Shown here: positions 59,208-64,000 of the stretch, in pieces
How positions within the stretch are numbered: the stretch's first letter is position 1
Layout of the letters: each line of letters opens with the position of its first letter
Source: Promethearchaeota archaeon
GTDB taxonomy: Archaea; Asgardarchaeota; Lokiarchaeia; Sigyniarchaeales; SOKP01
Assembly: GCA_019058245.1 (NCBI GenBank)
Contig: JAHPZJ010000013.1
Span: forward strand, 393,166-457,165
Length of the DNA: 64,000 nucleotides
Direction of reading: 5' to 3'
Notes under the pieces: model-generated
Told to the model about the DNA's origin: nothing
Database searches by the model: none
The model's input: the letters and a program-made list of their open reading frames with translations, nothing else
Made by a program: the position numbers and the translations under genes

Positions 59208-60299
59208 TTAAATCCATTTTTTCCTTCGAAAAAATAATATCATAGCTATTGCTAGAATTAACATTACCAAAATTAACATTGGATAGGCAATTGGATTTGA
59301 AAGCTCTGGCATGTTTATGAAATTCATCCCATAAAATCCTGCCAAAAATGATAAAGGGATAAACACAGTAGAAATTATTGTCAATACTTTCATAATATCA
59401 TTCATTTTATTACTGACACTTGATAGATACATATCTAACATTCCAAAAATTATATCTCTATAATTTTCCAACTGATCGCTAATTCTATAAATATGGTCAG
59501 AAATATCTTTCAAATAAATATGCAGTTCATCACTAATAAGGTTTGTTTGCTCTCTTTGCAAATTATTTATAACTTGTCTTAAAGGCCAAATTGATTTTCT
59601 TATATCAATACTAAATCTTTTTAATCGATATATTGATTGCATGACCTCAGGTTCGGGATTTTTAATAACTTTATCCTCTAAGTTATCAATAAGTTCACCA
59701 ATAGTTTCTAAAATTAAAAAGTAATTATCTATTATAACATCAATCAAAGCATATGCTAAATAGTCTGCTTTCATTGATCTAATTTTGCCCCTTGCTGCTC
59801 TAATTCTCTCAAATATAGGTTTAAAAGTATCACTTTCTAATTCTGAGAAACTTATTACATAATTTTCTCCTAATATTAAGCTTATTTGTTCGCTTTCAAA
59901 AATTTCTTTTGATTCATCCCATAAAAGTTTATTTAATACTATAAAGATATAATTTCCATAATCTTCGAATTTTGGACGCTGATCAGGATTTAATATATCT
60001 TCTAACACAAGAGGATGAATTTTAAACTGATTTCCAATTTCTTCAATTTTTTCAATTTCAGTTAAACCTGCAATTTCAACCCATCTGATATAATTTTTCT
60101 CTATCTCTTGTAAATTTTTTTTTGAGGGGAATTCTTCTATAAATGAATAATTTTCTTCATTATAGTCAATAATTTTTATTTTAGTTGGTATTTTTGGTTT
60201 TTCTCCAGTATATATTAATGTTCCTGGAGGGAGTCCAATTTTTTTCTTCTTTTTGCTTAAAAGATTTGTCTTTTTTAGAGTTTTATGAAATCTCCTCAA
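59208..60299 (-). CDS. corA: Magnesium/cobalt transporter CorA
   Basis: GLPPGTLIYTG, HPLVLEDI, QRPK, NDIMKVLT, YGMNF, MPEL. Confidence 0.95.
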   Translation of the reverse strand: MRRFHKTLKKTNLLSKKKKKIGLPPGTLIYTGEKPKIPTKIKIIDYNEENYSFIEEFPSKKNLQEIEKNYIRWVEIAGLTEIEKIEEIGNQFKIHPLVLEDILNPDQRPKFEDYGNYIFIVLNKLLWDESKEIFESEQISLILGENYVISFSELESDTFKPIFERIRAARGKIRSMKADYLAYALIDVIIDNYFLILETIGELIDNLEDKVIKNPEPEVMQSIYRLKRFSIDIRKSIWPLRQVINNLQREQTNLISDELHIYLKDISDHIYRISDQLENYRDIIFGMLDMYLSSVSNKMNDIMKVLTIISTVFIPLSFLAGFYGMNFINMPELSNPIAYPMLILVMLILAIAMILFFRRKKWI

Positions 60300-60437
60300 A
60301 TAGTATCACTTTAATATTATAAAGTTAATTGTAGCCAATTATTTATTAAACCAACTTTTAAAATAAAAGTTTTCTTATTATTTTTATAAAAAAATTATAC
60401 TATAGAATAATAAGAGCCTAATAGATTAGTTTTTAGT

Positions 60438-61304
60438 ATGAAAAGAATTTACAAAATAATTTTATGGATATCATTTATAGGAGTTTTTATTTTACTTTAT
60501 ATTTACTTTGGATTTGAGTATCTAATAGTGAATTTAGTATTATTAAATTTAATTGTCTACGTTGTAAGATCAATATTGATTGATATATTTCATAGTTTAA
60601 TTAAAAATATATTAATCAGGTATATTTTCCTGTTAATTGTAAATATAGTTTGGTTAATATTTCCATTTTGGTTGATTGCTGTTATTAATATTGATTTTTT
60701 TGTTGCTATTATTTCTTTTTTAGTTGTAGCAATTTCTTTAACATTTCAAAATACTATAAACAATATCGTAAGTGGAATAATATTATTATTTTCAGGAGGA
60801 TTTGAAGTGGGAGATTTAGTTCAAATTAATAATATTGATGGAATCATAAAAGAGATTACATTAAATCATATAAAAATAGTAGATTTTGATGGAAGTATCA
60901 CATATATCCCAAACCGAGTTGTATTTAATTCATCAGTAACTAAATACACACATGTAGAATTAAAGAAATTTGATAAATTAGATTTTAGAACTGTTATCAA
61001 GAAAATGAAGAAAAAATTTATTGGAAAAGAAAAATTAACGCGATATATTAAAGTTGTAGAATTATTGGGAACAGTTAATGGAGAAAGATTGGATGAAATT
61101 TTGGAGCCTATTCTTAAAAAATATGAACCTCTTTTTGGAATTAAACCTTATTTTTATGTGAATAATACAATCGCTGATCGTTTAAGTATTACCTTTCAAA
61201 TATTATCAAGAGTGCCAAATTCAATTTTTGAATATTTGGATTCTTTTCTTAAAGATGCTCTTTTTCAAATATATCAGAGTGAGATTAATTTTGATTTGAA
61301 TTAA
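60438..61304 (+). CDS. MscS-family protein
   Basis: TFQNTINNIVSGIILL...FEVGDLVQI...G.IKEI...IPN. Confidence 0.82.
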   Translation: MKRIYKIILWISFIGVFILLYIYFGFEYLIVNLVLLNLIVYVVRSILIDIFHSLIKNILIRYIFLLIVNIVWLIFPFWLIAVINIDFFVAIISFLVVAISLTFQNTINNIVSGIILLFSGGFEVGDLVQINNIDGIIKEITLNHIKIVDFDGSITYIPNRVVFNSSVTKYTHVELKKFDKLDFRTVIKKMKKKFIGKEKLTRYIKVVELLGTVNGERLDEILEPILKKYEPLFGIKPYFYVNNTIADRLSITFQILSRVPNSIFEYLDSFLKDALFQIYQSEINFDLN

Positions 61305-61337
61305 AAAAACTGGATAAAAAAATGTGGTGATATAGAG

Positions 61338-62237
61338 TTGGCGTTATTTAATAATGATTTTACAGCTTTAATTTATATAATTATTATAACAATCGCAATA
61401 TTTCTACTAAATAAAATTATATCATCTATAACAGTACGTATAAAAGCAATTCCATTAAGAGAAAAAATCATTATAAAATTTCTATCAAAAATTATTTCTA
61501 TTTTTATAATTATATACTTTTTAATCAGTAGTTTTCCTAGTTTTGAGAAAATACCACCAGAATATGTAGCTATTTTAACAAGTTCAATAAGTATTGCAAT
61601 TGCTTTTGCATCCAGTGGAATTTTCGCCAATTTAATTTCTGGAATTGTTTTAATGGTTATACGTCCTTTTGATGTTGGAGATCTAGTTAAGATTCAAACT
61701 GACAAAGGTATAGTAAGATCAATAGGGTTAACCAAAACTGTACTAGAAACTTTTGATAACATTCTAATTGAGAAATCAAATTCTCAAATAATTTCTGCTA
61801 CTATTGTGAATTATACCGTGAAACTTGGAAGAAGAAAAAGTTTTGAGGATTTCAAAAAAAAAATTTTAGCACCTCAAGATAAAGGGATTCTAAAAATTGA
61901 AGAAAGCCTTGGGGATAAAGACTTAGAACGCGATTTAAGAGAAGCATATGATAAGCTTCCATCTAAATTTTATCCAAACCTCTATAACTATTCATTTAAA
62001 ATGACGTTCCCCTATAAAAGATTTCGATTGATAATCGACGAGATAGAGCAATTATGTTTGAAATATAAAGAGAATGGTATTTTTCGTCTTAAACCTCGAT
62101 TTGATATAATTGATTTTTGGTGGAAAATAACGATAAAATTTCGCATTTTAACATTTAGTCCACAAAAAATTTTTGAGTATCAACCATTATTCGCTAAAGA
62201 AGCATATAATATAATTTATAAGTATAGTGATAAATAA
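61338..62237 (+). CDS. MscS-family protein
   Basis: IAFASSGIFANLISGIVLMVIRPFDVGDLV. Confidence 0.82.
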   Translation: MALFNNDFTALIYIIIITIAIFLLNKIISSITVRIKAIPLREKIIIKFLSKIISIFIIIYFLISSFPSFEKIPPEYVAILTSSISIAIAFASSGIFANLISGIVLMVIRPFDVGDLVKIQTDKGIVRSIGLTKTVLETFDNILIEKSNSQIISATIVNYTVKLGRRKSFEDFKKKILAPQDKGILKIEESLGDKDLERDLREAYDKLPSKFYPNLYNYSFKMTFPYKRFRLIIDEIEQLCLKYKENGIFRLKPRFDIIDFWWKITIKFRILTFSPQKIFEYQPLFAKEAYNIIYKYSDK

Positions 62238-62374
62238 AAAGAAATGGAGATGCTTGATAAGTTTTTCATATTTAATAGGTAAGATTACTCATATGGAGAT
62301 ATTCTATAGTTAATATAAATTAAAAGAACATAATTTTCATAACTAAATCCTATAGAGAGATATAAATCTGTATT

Positions 62375-63004
62375 TTATCGGATTCTCCTTAAATATTTTC
62401 TTCTTGGGGGTATTAAAGGTTTTTTATAGCCCAATAATTCTTCAAACAATACTTTTTGCTTCAATTGGGGACGAAATATAAACTTATAATACTTTTTTTT
62501 CCAATAGAAGCGTAAACTATTAAGATAAATCAATATTTCTTTTATTTGTTGAGGTTTAATTTCTATAAATGAGGTTATTATATTTTCTTCGGTATTAGTT
62601 TCAATATTTCTTTTTAAAAGTGTACCATCAGTTTTTAAAATATAAATTGTTCCATTTAAATAAGAAGTATTTTCTTTATTGTACGTTATTCCTAAATAAC
62701 GAGCATAAAATTTAAAATTTTGATTAATTTTAGCATTTAGATAATTTTTTTGAATTATATCTCGATTTTTATTTTTGATTAATACTTTTAATTCTTGTTC
62801 TTCCATTTTTTCTTTATTTGTTTGGAGAATTTCATAATATTTCACTTGGAGATTGGTAAATATTAGCATTTCTAAATCATTATAAAAATCTTGAACTTCA
62901 TGAGCTAAAATCCTATCATCTTTGATATGATCCCAGATTATGAAGAAAAGTACAGCAATTGATACTCCTAAACTCACATATACGAGAATATCTTCTGGTG
63001 CCAT
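62375..63004 (-). CDS. Hypothetical protein with N-terminal membrane anchor
   Basis: 209-aa ORF, one N-terminal TM. Confidence 0.65.
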   Translation of the reverse strand: MAPEDILVYVSLGVSIAVLFFIIWDHIKDDRILAHEVQDFYNDLEMLIFTNLQVKYYEILQTNKEKMEEQELKVLIKNKNRDIIQKNYLNAKINQNFKFYARYLGITYNKENTSYLNGTIYILKTDGTLLKRNIETNTEENIITSFIEIKPQQIKEILIYLNSLRFYWKKKYYKFIFRPQLKQKVLFEELLGYKKPLIPPRRKYLRRIR

Positions 63005-63324
63005 TATATTTGTAAAAATCTTTAACTTAATCCTTTGTTTTTGTTAATATTATTTTTATTTTTAATATGTATGTTTCTATAAAAATATATAATAGTATCA
63101 GACAAAATTTAATATATAATTTTTTATAAGGATAAATCCTTGGATTAAATTTTAGTAATTAGTGAATAATAAGAATTATAAATTCGTATTAAACAAAAAT
63201 TGTTGAATATTTATACTTATCTATTAAGAATTGACGTTTAAGCAGAATTTAAATAAAAAAATTATATTATAATAGTACAATTGAAATTTTAACAAAATAA
63301 CTATTTCTTTTGAGGTCAGAAACA

Positions 63325-63753
63325 ATGAAAAATAAAAAATGGATACTTTTAGGTATAATTGGTGGAGCTTTAATGATTATTAGCTCTGTAGTTGGAAGGG
63401 TAGGAATTATTGGTAGATTACTAGAATTACTTGCTGGAGTTGTCAATGAAGAGGCACAGAGAGTTATAGGAATTATACTAACTATATTTACTTATATTGC
63501 AGCAGGAGGGGGTATAACAGTAATTGTAGGTGCCTTAATAACAGGATTCAGTTCAAATTTTGTAGGACGTTATGTTATGGGAATTGGTATTGGTGCAAGT
63601 TTAATCAGTTTAATAATTCTACTCATAACAAGTATATATGGAGGATCAACGGTTGAGGATTTACCTCAGATATTGCTAAACACATTTAATGGGATATATG
63701 GTTTAGCAGGAGCGTTTATTGCTATTTTTGCTCGGCTAAAATTAAAGGATTAA
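63325..63753 (+). CDS. Hypothetical Gly-rich 4-TM membrane protein
   Basis: ATG at 63325 after a GAGGT SD; four hydrophobic helices. Confidence 0.7.
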   Translation: MKNKKWILLGIIGGALMIISSVVGRVGIIGRLLELLAGVVNEEAQRVIGIILTIFTYIAAGGGITVIVGALITGFSSNFVGRYVMGIGIGASLISLIILLITSIYGGSTVEDLPQILLNTFNGIYGLAGAFIAIFARLKLKD

Positions 63754-63902
63754 AATGCAATTATAAGTTTTTTAAATTTATTTCCTTTTTTTTTCTGAAT
63801 ATTCTTATACAACTTAAAATAAGAAGAGAGAAAATTTTTAAGAAGAATTACATTTTAAAATACAAATTATTATTATTGATAAATAAAATATGTTGATATA
63901 TT

Positions 63903-64000
63903 ATGGCAAAAGCAGAAGAATATAAAATGTTTCAAGGATGTGTTATTGGCAACAGAATTCCATTTATTGAAGCTTCTGCAAGAAAGGTATTTGATATACT
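63903..64000 (+). CDS. hdrB: HdrB-like CCG-domain protein, N-terminal fragment (runs off the window)
   Basis: Manual translation MAKAEEYKMFQGCVIGNRIPFIEASARKVFDI resembles the HdrB N-terminus (F.GC....R.P.IE). Confidence 0.6.
   Translation, partial: MAKAEEYKMFQGCVIGNRIPFIEASARKVFDI

Noticed and set aside
5530-61630. Numerous 60-180 aa ORFs antisense to or nested within long genes (e.g. 16319-16849, 19377-19790, 45982-46338, 49310-49717)
   Set aside because: They overlap well-supported genes on the opposite strand and show no motifs.

Overview
AT-rich archaeal window, most consistent with an Asgard (Lokiarchaeia-like) genome. This is inferred from an IPGF-TM-basic C-terminal sorting tag, fwd genes, a roadblock-like protein, vWA-zinc-finger proteins, TATA-type promoters and GGAGG/GAGGTG Shine-Dalgarno (SD) sites. 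Contents in order: an Opp/Dpp ABC peptide transporter whose two ATPases carry extra N-terminal membrane domains; three tandem glycyl-radical enzymes (GREs) plus an activase; UDP-sugar dehydrogenase; a GlcD/GlcF-like pair; Hsp20 with a perfect palindromic operator; a crotonase; a cytoplasmic DmsA-like molybdoenzyme whose DmsB partner is split by a GltD-like flavin module; a hairpin-rich intergenic element; a methyltransferase/rSAM/TIGR04282/TIGR04283-like operon; 2-oxoacid:ferredoxin oxidoreductase; a seven-gene operon described below; two vWA + C4HC3-finger paralogues; fwdG/F/D/B/C (no fwdA) with fdhD; lpdA; a stress-like block (coiled-coil pair, Hsp20, poly-acidic peptide, RHH, GNAT, Sm-like); three MscS, corA and a partial hdrB. 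The best candidate for an undescribed system is the seven-gene operon at 36958-42381. It encodes a PlpX/splicease-like rSAM-SPASM enzyme, three tandem membrane-anchored precursor-like peptides, a methyltransferase-TPR fusion and two DNRLRE-like/Zn-ribbon membrane proteins, suggesting an archaeal RiPP or membrane-peptide modification pathway. Two genes appear to start at ATA. No rRNA, tRNA, CRISPR array or transposase was seen. All family calls come from motif reading and recall, not from database searches.
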